Assembly: GCA_902591755.1 (NCBI GenBank)
Contig: CACJBX010000005.1
Coordinates: 18,114-82,113, forward strand
Direction: 5' to 3'
From: an uncultured Pelagibacteraceae bacterium
GTDB taxonomy: Bacteria; Pseudomonadota; Alphaproteobacteria; Pelagibacterales; Pelagibacteraceae
DNA: 64,000 bases
The position numbers were made by a program, and so were the translations under genes. The notes under the pieces are model-generated. The model ran no database searches and was not told where the DNA came from. It saw only the letters and a list, made by a program, of their open reading frames with translations. Shown here piece by piece: positions 1 through 8,904 of the stretch; within the stretch, counting starts at the first letter, position 1, and each line of letters starts with the position of its first letter.

Positions 1-1
1 A

Positions 2-2827
2 CCATCTAAAGAAGATCAATCAAAAATGTTAAAAGAATTAAATTATAAATCACTAGATGATTTAATTGACAGCACAGTACCAGAAAAAATAAAGTTTAGA
101 GGTGAATTAAATATTGGTGAATCAAATTCAGAATATGAAGCTTTGAGAAAATTAAGAGCAATATCAAAAAAAAATCAAGTTTACTCAAATTTTATTGGTA
201 TGGGTTATTATGGAACTTATACACCTTATGTAATTTTAAGAAATATATTAGAAAATCCAGGTTGGTATACTTCATATACGCCTTATCAGCCAGAAGTAGC
301 TCAAGGAAGACTTGAGATGTTATTAAATTTTCAACAAATGATTGTTGATTTTACTGGAATGGATATAGCTAATGCCTCTTTATTAGATGAGGGTACAGCA
401 GCAGCGGAGGCTATGGGCTTAAGTCATAGATTGAACAAAAAAGATAGTAATTTAGTTTTTGTATCTGAGGATTGTCATCCTCAAACAATAAATGTAATTC
501 AAACTAGAGCTGAACCGTTGGGTTTAAAAGTATTGGTTGGTAAAGAAGATGAGGTTCTAGACCAGTTAAAAGAAGATTTAGTTTGTGGAATTTTACAATA
601 TCCTGGAACTTTAGGAGATATTAAAGACCCAAGTGAAGCAATTAGCAAAATTCATAGAAAGAATGGTAAGGCTGTATTAGCTTGTGATTTGTTAGCATTA
701 GCAAAATTAAAAACACCAAGAGAACTTGGTGCTGACATAGCAGTTGGAAGCTCACAAAGATTTGGTATCCCAATGGGATATGGAGGTCCACACGCAGCTT
801 TTTTTGCAACAAAAGATGAGTACAAAAGATCAATGCCAGGAAGAATTGTCGGTGTGTCAGTTGATAGACACGGTAACAAGGCATATAGATTGTCCTTGCA
901 AACGAGAGAGCAACACATCAGAAGAGACAAGGCGACAAGCAACATTTGCACCGCTCAAGCTCTATTAGCAATTGTATCAGCAGCTTATTCAATTTATCAC
1001 GGCCCAGATGGAATTAAGAATATTTCTGAAAGAGTCTCACAATTAGCAAAAAGTTTTGCCGATAAAATAAAACAGTCTGGATATGAACTTTATTCTAATT
1101 ATTTTTTTGATACTGTCACAATCATTACTAAAGAAAAAACTGATCAAATTTATAAAAATGCTTTAAATCAAAAAGTTAATATACGTAAAGTAAATTCTGA
1201 AATGCTTGCAGTTTCTTTTGATGAAAGAAAGAATGTTTATAGAGTAAATCAACTGTTAAAAATTTTTAACGCAGCAGAATCAATTAAAAAAGAGGATCCT
1301 TCAGTAAGTTTACCTAATCTTCCAAAAAACTTATTGAGAACCTCAAAATATTTAGAACATCCAGTTTTCAACTCATACCATTCTGAAACTGAAATGTTGA
1401 GATACTTAAAAAGATTAGAAGATAAAGATATAGCATTGAATAGAACAATGATTGCACTTGGTTCATGCACAATGAAGCTAAATGCTGCCGCTGAGATGAT
1501 CCCAATTTCATGGAAAGAGTTTGCAGAACCTCATCCATTTGTCCCAATTGAACAAATGGAGGGATTCAGAGATCTATTTACTGATCTAAAAAATTGGTTG
1601 CGTTCCATAACTGGTTTCTCGGGTGTTTCTCTTCAACCTAATGCAGGTGCTCAAGGTGAATATGCGGGATTAATGGTTATACGAAAGTATCATTTAGATA
1701 GGGATGAGGCTAATAGAAACATATGTTTAATTCCAAGTTCAGCACACGGTACTAATCCGGCAAGTGCACAAATGTCTGGAATGAAAGTTGTTGTTGTTAA
1801 TTGTGATAAAGAAGGAAATGTTGATTTCGATGACTTAAAGAAAAAAGCAGAACAACATTCTGAAAACCTTGGGGCATTAATGGTAACTTACCCATCCACT
1901 CATGGAGTTTTCGAAGAAAAAATATCAGATATTTGTGAGTTAGTTCATAAACATGGTGGTCAGGTTTATATGGATGGTGCAAATCTAAATGCATTAGTGG
2001 GAATTGCTAAACCAGGAAATTTTGGTCCAGACGTTTGTCATATTAATTTACATAAAACGTTTTGTATTCCTCATGGTGGGGGAGGACCCGGAATGGGACC
2101 AATTGCTTGTAAAAGACATTTACAAGTTTACTTGCCCAACCACCCAGTAATAAAAGATTGTGGGCCAACTTCTGGAATTGGAGCAGTTTCTGCAGCCCCT
2201 TGGGGAAGTTCAAGCATTTTATCAATTTCTTGGATGTATATTAAAATGATGGGATCAACTGGATTAAAGCTTGCTACCCAAGTTGCAATATTGAATGCAA
2301 ATTATATAGCTCATAGATTAAAAGATTACTTTCCGATTTTGTACAAAGGGTCAAATGGCAATGTGGCACACGAATGTATTATTGATATTAGAAAAATTAA
2401 ATCAGAAACAGGAATAACGGAGGAAGATATTGCGAAAAGGTTAATTGATTATGGTTTTCATGCACCAACTATGTCCTGGCCTGTTGCTGGCACAATGATG
2501 ATAGAACCAACTGAAAGTGAAAGTCTTACAGAAATAGACAGATTTTGCGAAACTTTAATTAAGATTAAAAAAGAAATCGATAAGATTAAGTCCGGCGAGT
2601 TTGATAAAGTAGATAATCCAATTAAGAATGCACCTCATACTGATCTTGAACTGTCTTCTGACGAATGGAAACACAAATACTCAAGAGAAGAAGCAGCTTA
2701 TCCATCTAAATATTTAAAAACAAATAAATTTTGGCCTCCTGTTGCTAGAGTTGATAATGTTTATGGAGATAAAAATATATTCTGCACTTGTCCAAGCATT
2801 GACGAATTTAAAGAAGATGCAGCTTAA
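2..2827 (+). CDS. gcvP: Glycine dehydrogenase (decarboxylating), glycine cleavage P protein; 5' end lies outside the window
   Basis: Motifs YTPYQPEVAQGRLE, REQHIRRDKATSNICTAQ and PLP lysine in HINLHKTF. The frame is open upstream of ATG 26 (PSKEDQSKM), so the true start precedes base 1. Confidence 0.97.
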   Translation, partial: PSKEDQSKMLKELNYKSLDDLIDSTVPEKIKFRGELNIGESNSEYEALRKLRAISKKNQVYSNFIGMGYYGTYTPYVILRNILENPGWYTSYTPYQPEVAQGRLEMLLNFQQMIVDFTGMDIANASLLDEGTAAAEAMGLSHRLNKKDSNLVFVSEDCHPQTINVIQTRAEPLGLKVLVGKEDEVLDQLKEDLVCGILQYPGTLGDIKDPSEAISKIHRKNGKAVLACDLLALAKLKTPRELGADIAVGSSQRFGIPMGYGGPHAAFFATKDEYKRSMPGRIVGVSVDRHGNKAYRLSLQTREQHIRRDKATSNICTAQALLAIVSAAYSIYHGPDGIKNISERVSQLAKSFADKIKQSGYELYSNYFFDTVTIITKEKTDQIYKNALNQKVNIRKVNSEMLAVSFDERKNVYRVNQLLKIFNAAESIKKEDPSVSLPNLPKNLLRTSKYLEHPVFNSYHSETEMLRYLKRLEDKDIALNRTMIALGSCTMKLNAAAEMIPISWKEFAEPHPFVPIEQMEGFRDLFTDLKNWLRSITGFSGVSLQPNAGAQGEYAGLMVIRKYHLDRDEANRNICLIPSSAHGTNPASAQMSGMKVVVVNCDKEGNVDFDDLKKKAEQHSENLGALMVTYPSTHGVFEEKISDICELVHKHGGQVYMDGANLNALVGIAKPGNFGPDVCHINLHKTFCIPHGGGGPGMGPIACKRHLQVYLPNHPVIKDCGPTSGIGAVSAAPWGSSSILSISWMYIKMMGSTGLKLATQVAILNANYIAHRLKDYFPILYKGSNGNVAHECIIDIRKIKSETGITEEDIAKRLIDYGFHAPTMSWPVAGTMMIEPTESESLTEIDRFCETLIKIKKEIDKIKSGEFDKVDNPIKNAPHTDLELSSDEWKHKYSREEAAYPSKYLKTNKFWPPVARVDNVYGDKNIFCTCPSIDEFKEDAA

Positions 2828-2833
2828 AATTTA

Positions 2834-4075
2834 ATGAAAATTGCTGTAATTGGGTCAGGAATTTCTGGATTAAGTGCAGCATATTTTTTATCAAAAAAAC
2901 ACAAAGTTGATCTTTTCGAAAAAGAAGATCGTTTTGGTGGTCATTCCCACACTTTAGATATTTTAACAGATAATCAAAGTAAAAAAAAAATTCGTGCAGA
3001 TATTGGATTTATTGTTTTTAACAAACATACTTATCCAAACTTAATTAACTTTTTCAATGAAATCGGCGTAGAGATAGAAAAAAGCAATATGAGCTTATCA
3101 TTTTTGGTAGAAAAAAAGAATTTAGAATACAGCGGTAAAGGAGTCCGAGGTTTATTTTCTTATAAAAAAAATTTATTTGATCCTAATTTCCTAAAAATGT
3201 TTTATGAGATTATAAAGTTTTATAACAAGAGCTCTAAACTGAATGATATAGATGAAAATTTAAACCTTGGATCATTTCTTCAAAAAGAAAAAATGTCAGA
3301 TTTTTTTATCAATTATCATATTTTACCAATGGTATCAGCTATATGGTCAATGCCACCCGATAATGCAAAAAATATGCCTATTAAGTTTTTTTTAAAATTT
3401 TTTCAAAATCATGGATTATTCAAGTTAAATAACAGACCTCAATGGTACACTGTAAAAAATAGAAGTATTGAATATGTAAACGAAGTAATAAAAAAAATTA
3501 GTGGAGAGCACTTTAAAAATTATAAAATTAATAAAGTTACAAGATCTGGTAGCTCTACACGCGTCTTTTATGGGGGAGAAAGCGAATATTTTGAATACGA
3601 TAAAGTTGTGATTGCTACGCATGCAGATGAAGCTTTATCTATAATCGATGAGCCCTCTGATGATGAAAAAAGAGTTTTGAGTAACTTTAAATACAAGAAA
3701 AACTTAGCAGTAATTCATTTTGATGAAACTGTTATGCCAAAAAAAAAGATTAATTGGAGCGCATGGAATACTTTTGTATCAGAAAATAATGATAGTTCAG
3801 TTACTTACTGGTTAAATTTATTACAGAATTTAAATATAGAAAAAAATATCTTTTTAACTTTAAATCCTCATTTCAATATTAATGAAAAACTCATTATTGA
3901 TAAAATTCAATTTAGTCATCCGTATTATGATCATGATACTTTAAAAAATCAAAAAAAATTAGATTTATTACAAAATAAACAAAATATATTGTTTTGTGGA
4001 AGTTATCATGGTTATGGTTTTCATGAAGACGGTATCAAATCAACATTAAATATGCTTAAATTCATTAATGATTGA
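2834..4075 (+). CDS. FAD/NAD-binding amine-oxidase-like protein (COG2907 type; UfaD-like fatty acyl desaturase candidate)
   Basis: N-terminal GSGISG Rossmann motif, GGHSHT, DIGFIVFN, WSAWN and GYGFHEDG motifs; directly upstream of DUF1365 and cfa-like genes. Confidence 0.8.
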   Translation: MKIAVIGSGISGLSAAYFLSKKHKVDLFEKEDRFGGHSHTLDILTDNQSKKKIRADIGFIVFNKHTYPNLINFFNEIGVEIEKSNMSLSFLVEKKNLEYSGKGVRGLFSYKKNLFDPNFLKMFYEIIKFYNKSSKLNDIDENLNLGSFLQKEKMSDFFINYHILPMVSAIWSMPPDNAKNMPIKFFLKFFQNHGLFKLNNRPQWYTVKNRSIEYVNEVIKKISGEHFKNYKINKVTRSGSSTRVFYGGESEYFEYDKVVIATHADEALSIIDEPSDDEKRVLSNFKYKKNLAVIHFDETVMPKKKINWSAWNTFVSENNDSSVTYWLNLLQNLNIEKNIFLTLNPHFNINEKLIIDKIQFSHPYYDHDTLKNQKKLDLLQNKQNILFCGSYHGYGFHEDGIKSTLNMLKFIND

Positions 4076-4835
4076 AAATTCATTTATATATACGGGTGAA
4101 GTCATTCATAAAAGATTTAAACCAAAAGAGCATTTTTTTAAATACAGTGTATTCTCTTTATTAATCGATCTTAACGAAATAAGACTTATAGATAAAAAAA
4201 TTCCATTTTTTTCTTACAATAAATTTAATGTTCTAAGTTTTTTTAATAAGGACCATGGTGAGAGAGATGGTTCTGATTTAGGAATATGGGTGGTAAAAAA
4301 ATTAAAAGAAAAAGGAATTACTTCAGAAGATATTAAGATTAAAATACTTTGTTACCCTAGAATTTTTGGATATGTTTTCAATCCACTAAGCATTTTTTTT
4401 ATTTATAATAGAACTGGTGAACCAATTGCAATTTTTTATGAGGTAAAAAATACATTTGGAGAACAACACACCTATATATTTGAAATTAAAAATTCAACCC
4501 CACAAATTAAAAATGATTGCAAAAAGAAGTTTTTCGTATCTCCCTTCATGGACCTTCAATCAGAATATTTCTTTAAAGTATTATTACCTAATGAAAAATT
4601 ATCTGTAATCATTGATCAAAGAGATAAGGAAGGTAAGCTTCTGTTTGCATCCCAGGATGGAATTAGGCATGATTTAACCTTAAAAAACTTATTATTTTGC
4701 TATCTAAAGCACCCACTAATGAGTTTTAAAGTAATATCAGCTATACATTTTGAAGCATTAAAATTATGGATCAAAGGCGTTAAGTTGATCAAAAAAAACA
4801 TTAAAATAAGAAATAATACGACCTTTGAAAACTAA
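4068..4835 (+). CDS. DUF1365 family protein (UfaO-like)
   Basis: HKRFKPKEHFFKY, PRIFGYVFNPLS, EVKNTFGEQHTY, KKFFVSPF, IHFEALKLW motifs; overlaps neighbours on both sides. Confidence 0.88.
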   Translation: MIENSFIYTGEVIHKRFKPKEHFFKYSVFSLLIDLNEIRLIDKKIPFFSYNKFNVLSFFNKDHGERDGSDLGIWVVKKLKEKGITSEDIKIKILCYPRIFGYVFNPLSIFFIYNRTGEPIAIFYEVKNTFGEQHTYIFEIKNSTPQIKNDCKKKFFVSPFMDLQSEYFFKVLLPNEKLSVIIDQRDKEGKLLFASQDGIRHDLTLKNLLFCYLKHPLMSFKVISAIHFEALKLWIKGVKLIKKNIKIRNNTTFEN

Positions 4836-6010
4836 TGATAAATAAAATTTCAGATAAAATTGTCTTTTCCGGTTTAAAATTAATAAAGTACGGCAAGTTA
4901 AATGTTACAACTTTCCAAAACAAAGAATTGCAGTTCGGAAATGATGGTAATTTAGAGGTAAGTATTAAAATTAATAAGCCAGACTTTTCAAAAAATATAA
5001 TTTCAAAAGGTAGCGTTGGTTTAGCAGAATCTTATATGAGAGGTGATTTTGAAACGGATGACTTATCTAAGTTAATCGAATTAAGCGCTAAGAATATAAA
5101 ACTAGTTCATAAATTCTCTGGAATACTAGATTTAACATATTTAAATTATTTTAAAAAATTTATTAATCGAAACACCAAAACAAAAAGTAAAGAACATATT
5201 TCAAAACACTATGATCTTGGAAATGAATTCTTTTCTTTATGGCTTGATGATACACTAACTTATTCAAGTGCAATTTTTGAAAATGAGAAATCAAATTTAT
5301 ACGAAGCACAAATAAATAAATATAAAAAACTTTCAAATCTACTTAAACCAAGGTCAGGTGATAGGCTACTAGAAATTGGATGTGGCTGGGGAGGATTTGC
5401 AGAATACATTGGCAAAAACCATGACGTAAATCTTGATTGTATTACGATATCAAAAAAACAATATGAATTTGCTAAAAAACGCATTCATGATGCTGGTCTT
5501 AATGAAAAAATTAATATTGAAATGAAAGATTATAGAGACGTAAAACAAAACTATAATTCTATAGCCTCAATAGAGATGATAGAAGCTGTAGGAAAAGATT
5601 ATCTAAAAAATTACTTTCAAACAATTAAAAAAAATCTTGTTCCGGGTGGTAAGGCCGCAATCCAAGCCATTACAATTGATGATAACTTGTATAATAGATA
5701 CAAAAGGAAAGAAGATTTTATTCAAAAATATATTTTCCCTGGAGGCTTTTTGCCATCTAAGAAGTCAATATTAGATTATGTAGAAAAAACTGGACTTAAC
5801 TTTGATCAATGTAATTCTTACGGTCTTCACTACAGCAATACGCTGAAAATTTGGAGAGACAAGTTTTCAGAAAGATGGGAAGAAATTTCAGATCAAGGTT
5901 TTGATAATACTTTTAAAAGAATGTGGAATTTCTATTTATCCTATTGTGAAGCAGGATTTAAATCTAAGAATATTGATTTAATTCAATTTTCTTTAACTAA
6001 TAAAGCGTAA
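4835..6010 (+). CDS. cfa: Cyclopropane-fatty-acyl-phospholipid synthase family SAM methyltransferase (UfaM/CfaS-like)
   Basis: HYDLGNEFF, TYSSA, LEIGCGWG, SIEMIEAVG, FIQKYIFPGG, YLSYCEAGF motifs. Confidence 0.9.
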   Translation: MINKISDKIVFSGLKLIKYGKLNVTTFQNKELQFGNDGNLEVSIKINKPDFSKNIISKGSVGLAESYMRGDFETDDLSKLIELSAKNIKLVHKFSGILDLTYLNYFKKFINRNTKTKSKEHISKHYDLGNEFFSLWLDDTLTYSSAIFENEKSNLYEAQINKYKKLSNLLKPRSGDRLLEIGCGWGGFAEYIGKNHDVNLDCITISKKQYEFAKKRIHDAGLNEKINIEMKDYRDVKQNYNSIASIEMIEAVGKDYLKNYFQTIKKNLVPGGKAAIQAITIDDNLYNRYKRKEDFIQKYIFPGGFLPSKKSILDYVEKTGLNFDQCNSYGLHYSNTLKIWRDKFSERWEEISDQGFDNTFKRMWNFYLSYCEAGFKSKNIDLIQFSLTNKA

Positions 6011-6015
6011 TAAAG

Positions 6016-6549
6016 ATGAAAATAATAAATTCAATTTTGTTGATAATTACTTTAGCTTTAGTTACAAGCTGTTCTAATAATATGAAACCAGAAGACTTTA
6101 AAAACACAGAGCCAACTCTTTTGATTGAAGAATATTTTGACGGGAAGGTTAAAGCTTGGGGAATTTTACAAGACCGAAGTGGAAAAGTTACAAGGCAGTT
6201 TAAAGCAGATTTAGTTGGATCCTTTAAAGAAAATGTCATCACTTTAGATGAAGATTTTTATTGGACTGATGGTGAAAAACAAAAGAGAACATGGAAAATA
6301 AAAAAAATTGATGACAACAATTATGTTGGAACTGCTCCAGATGTAGTTGGAGAGGCTACAGGTGTTCAATATGGATCAGCATTTAAATTTAAATACGACT
6401 TAATGGTGCCTTTTAAAAATAAAAATATCAAAATTTCATTTGATGACTGGATATTCAAACAGGATGAAAAAGCTGCGATTAATCGTGCAACGCTTACTAA
6501 ATTTGGATTTAAAGTTGGAGAACTTACTGTATTTTTTATGAGAGACTAA
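6016..6549 (+). CDS. DUF3833 family lipoprotein
   Basis: Signal peptide with lipobox-like VTSC; EEYFDG-x-AWG, FDDWIF and KFGFKVGE motifs; typical companion of the cfa/DUF1365 cluster. Confidence 0.78.
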   Translation: MKIINSILLIITLALVTSCSNNMKPEDFKNTEPTLLIEEYFDGKVKAWGILQDRSGKVTRQFKADLVGSFKENVITLDEDFYWTDGEKQKRTWKIKKIDDNNYVGTAPDVVGEATGVQYGSAFKFKYDLMVPFKNKNIKISFDDWIFKQDEKAAINRATLTKFGFKVGELTVFFMRD

Positions 6550-7304
6550 TCTTTAATTCGCTTCATCCCTTTTTCAAGAATCTTAAAATATAAACCATTT
6601 GGAAGCACCTTAAGGACCTTCATAATTGTTGTGAAAGACTTAGGAAAATGAATTTCAAAACCTTTACTTTTTGTTAAGCCTTTAAACATTTGTTCTGCAG
6701 CAAACTCAGGAGATTTTATCATTGGCATTGGAAAATCATTTTGATCAGTCATAGGCGTTTTTATAAATCCAGGACTTACAAGAGATACTCTTACGTTACT
6801 TCTCTTAAGGTCAAAATATAAACTTTCAGCAAAACTAGATAAAGCTGATTTAGATGCACAATATGCTCCCGCCGCAGGAAGACCTCTATAACCTGCCACA
6901 GATGATACTATAGATATTTGCCCTGATTTTTTATTTTTGTAATACTCATAAACTGCATTTATAGAGTTCACCGTTCCAAAAAAATTTACTTCCATAATTT
7001 TTCTTACTTTTTCAAGATTTAATGTTTTTTCAGATTTTGGATCATGAATCCCTGTACAGAAAACAGATATATCAACTTCTCCAAGCTTTTCTTTCACTTG
7101 CGAGAATACACTTTTACATTTTTCGTTGTCGGTAACGTCTAAAGGAAAAGCAATAATATTCTCATTAGATTTAGATATTTCATCTAATAAATTTTCTCTT
7201 CTTGCAGAAATGGCAACTTTCCATCCTTCTTGAGCAAATTTTTGCGCCAAGGATTTTCCTATACCACTGCTAGCTCCTGTAATCCAAATTGTTTTATTAT
7301 TCAT
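6546..7304 (-). CDS. Short-chain dehydrogenase/reductase (SDR)
   Basis: TGASSGIG cofactor motif, YCASK catalytic motif, PGFIKTPMT. Confidence 0.92.
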   Translation of the reverse strand: MNNKTIWITGASSGIGKSLAQKFAQEGWKVAISARRENLLDEISKSNENIIAFPLDVTDNEKCKSVFSQVKEKLGEVDISVFCTGIHDPKSEKTLNLEKVRKIMEVNFFGTVNSINAVYEYYKNKKSGQISIVSSVAGYRGLPAAGAYCASKSALSSFAESLYFDLKRSNVRVSLVSPGFIKTPMTDQNDFPMPMIKSPEFAAEQMFKGLTKSKGFEIHFPKSFTTIMKVLKVLPNGLYFKILEKGMKRIKD

Positions 7305-7328
7305 ACAAGATTGATGTATAGTATGATT

Positions 7329-7796
7329 ATGCTAAAAAATAAATTTATATCTTTTCTTCTATTTGCAATAGTTACGTATTCAGCGTCTTTTATCGGCAGT
7401 ATAGCGACAATTTCTTACAAAGAACCATGGTACTCAGGTTTAAATAAATCATTTTTAACTCCACCAGATTGGGTCTTCGCACCTGTATGGACTACATTAT
7501 ATTTATTCATGACTATAGCAATATGGGCAGCGTGGCATAAGAATTATAAAAATATAAATCTTGTTTTAATTTATTTTATTCATCTATGCTTTAATACAAC
7601 TTGGAGTATAGTTTTTTTTGTTTTTCATAATATCCTTTTTGCTCTTATAAATTTATTATTAATCATTTTTTTCATAATAGTTTTAATTTTTAAATATAAA
7701 GATATAAACAAAGTAAGTTATTATTTAATGATTCCTTATTTACTTTGGAGTTGTTATGCATTAATTCTAAATTTTAGTTTATTAATATTAAATTAA
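7329..7796 (+). CDS. tspO: TspO/MBR tryptophan-rich sensory protein
   Basis: WYxxLNK-x-PPDWVFAPVWTTLY and PYLLW motifs, about 5 hydrophobic helices. Start is one of the in-frame ATGs at 7314/7323/7329; the track's 7230 start overlaps the SDR gene. Confidence 0.9.
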   Translation: MLKNKFISFLLFAIVTYSASFIGSIATISYKEPWYSGLNKSFLTPPDWVFAPVWTTLYLFMTIAIWAAWHKNYKNINLVLIYFIHLCFNTTWSIVFFVFHNILFALINLLLIIFFIIVLIFKYKDINKVSYYLMIPYLLWSCYALILNFSLLILN

Positions 7797-7797
7797 T

Positions 7798-8901
7798 ATG
7801 GATGATGTCGTTATAGTTGGTGGGGGTATAATAGGAGCTGCAACAGCTTATTTCTTGTCAAAAGAGGGCAGAAAAGTAAAAGTTATTGAAAGAGATCCAA
7901 CATATAGAACAGCATCTTTCCCTTTATCATTAGGCGGTTTCAGAAGACAATTTTTTCAAACAGAAAATATTCTTTTGGGGAAATTTGCTAGAGAATTTAT
8001 TTTTCAAATACCAGAACTTTTAAAAACACAAAAAAATCCCAAACCAACTGCTAGCATGGTGCCTAATGGATATTTGCTTATGTTTGGAGCAGAACATGCT
8101 GAAGAACAATATAAAGCTCTTGAAAATCATAAAGCATGCGATGCAGGGACAAAAAATATAAAAGGTTCTGATCTAAAACAATACTTTCCTTACATAAATA
8201 ACGAAGGCATTGAAACAGCAACTTTTACGGACAACAAAAGTGAAGGCTGGATTGATCCATTTATGTTCCATGGAGCATTAAAAAGTAAAGCTATTGAGCT
8301 AGGTGCTGAGTTCGTGAAAGGTGAAGTAAAATCTTTATCAGAAATAAAGGCTAAGACCATTGTATCAGCGGCTGGATGTTGGACAAAAGAATTGTTGGAA
8401 GATATTCCAGTTGAGCCACAAAAACACACTGTATTTAGAGTTAAGTGTCCCAAACATATTCCTGAAATGCCTTTGACTGGAGACTTAACCACTGGAGTAT
8501 ATTGGCGACCCGAAGGAAAAGAATACCTTGCAGGATCTCCCAAATCTGTTTTTGATGCAAAAGATCTTGAACCTGCATGGGATGACTTTGAAGAATTAGT
8601 TTGGCCAGCTCTTGCTCAAAGAGTTCCGATATTTGAAGAATTAAAACTAACAGGTGGTTGGGCCGGATATTATGATTGTAATAGATTAGATAACAATGCT
8701 GTAGTTGGTAAGCACCCAAAGTTTGAAAATGTTTACCTAGCAACTGGGTTTACAGGAAGAGGGTTAATGCAAGCTCCTGGGATAGGTAGAGCATTAACAG
8801 AATTAATTACGACAGGAGAATATCAGTCTATTGATATTTCCAATATGGCAGTCGAAAGAGTTTTAGGAAAAGAGGCAAGACCTGAGCCTTACGTTCTTTA
8901 A
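7798..8901 (+). CDS. FAD-dependent oxidoreductase, DAO/sarcosine-oxidase-beta superfamily, FOXRED1-like
   Basis: GGGIIG FAD motif; SLGGFRRQFFQTENI, EGWIDP, WAGYYD and ATGFTGRGLMQAPGIG motifs. Confidence 0.8.
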   Translation: MDDVVIVGGGIIGAATAYFLSKEGRKVKVIERDPTYRTASFPLSLGGFRRQFFQTENILLGKFAREFIFQIPELLKTQKNPKPTASMVPNGYLLMFGAEHAEEQYKALENHKACDAGTKNIKGSDLKQYFPYINNEGIETATFTDNKSEGWIDPFMFHGALKSKAIELGAEFVKGEVKSLSEIKAKTIVSAAGCWTKELLEDIPVEPQKHTVFRVKCPKHIPEMPLTGDLTTGVYWRPEGKEYLAGSPKSVFDAKDLEPAWDDFEELVWPALAQRVPIFEELKLTGGWAGYYDCNRLDNNAVVGKHPKFENVYLATGFTGRGLMQAPGIGRALTELITTGEYQSIDISNMAVERVLGKEARPEPYVL

Positions 8902-8904
8902 GTG

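Noticed and set aside
2641-2666. TGATC-N16-CGAAT inside gcvP as a possible RpoE(ChrR)-type promoter for the lipid cluster
   Set aside because: The -10 match is weak, it lies in constrained coding sequence, and no cognate sigma factor is in the window.
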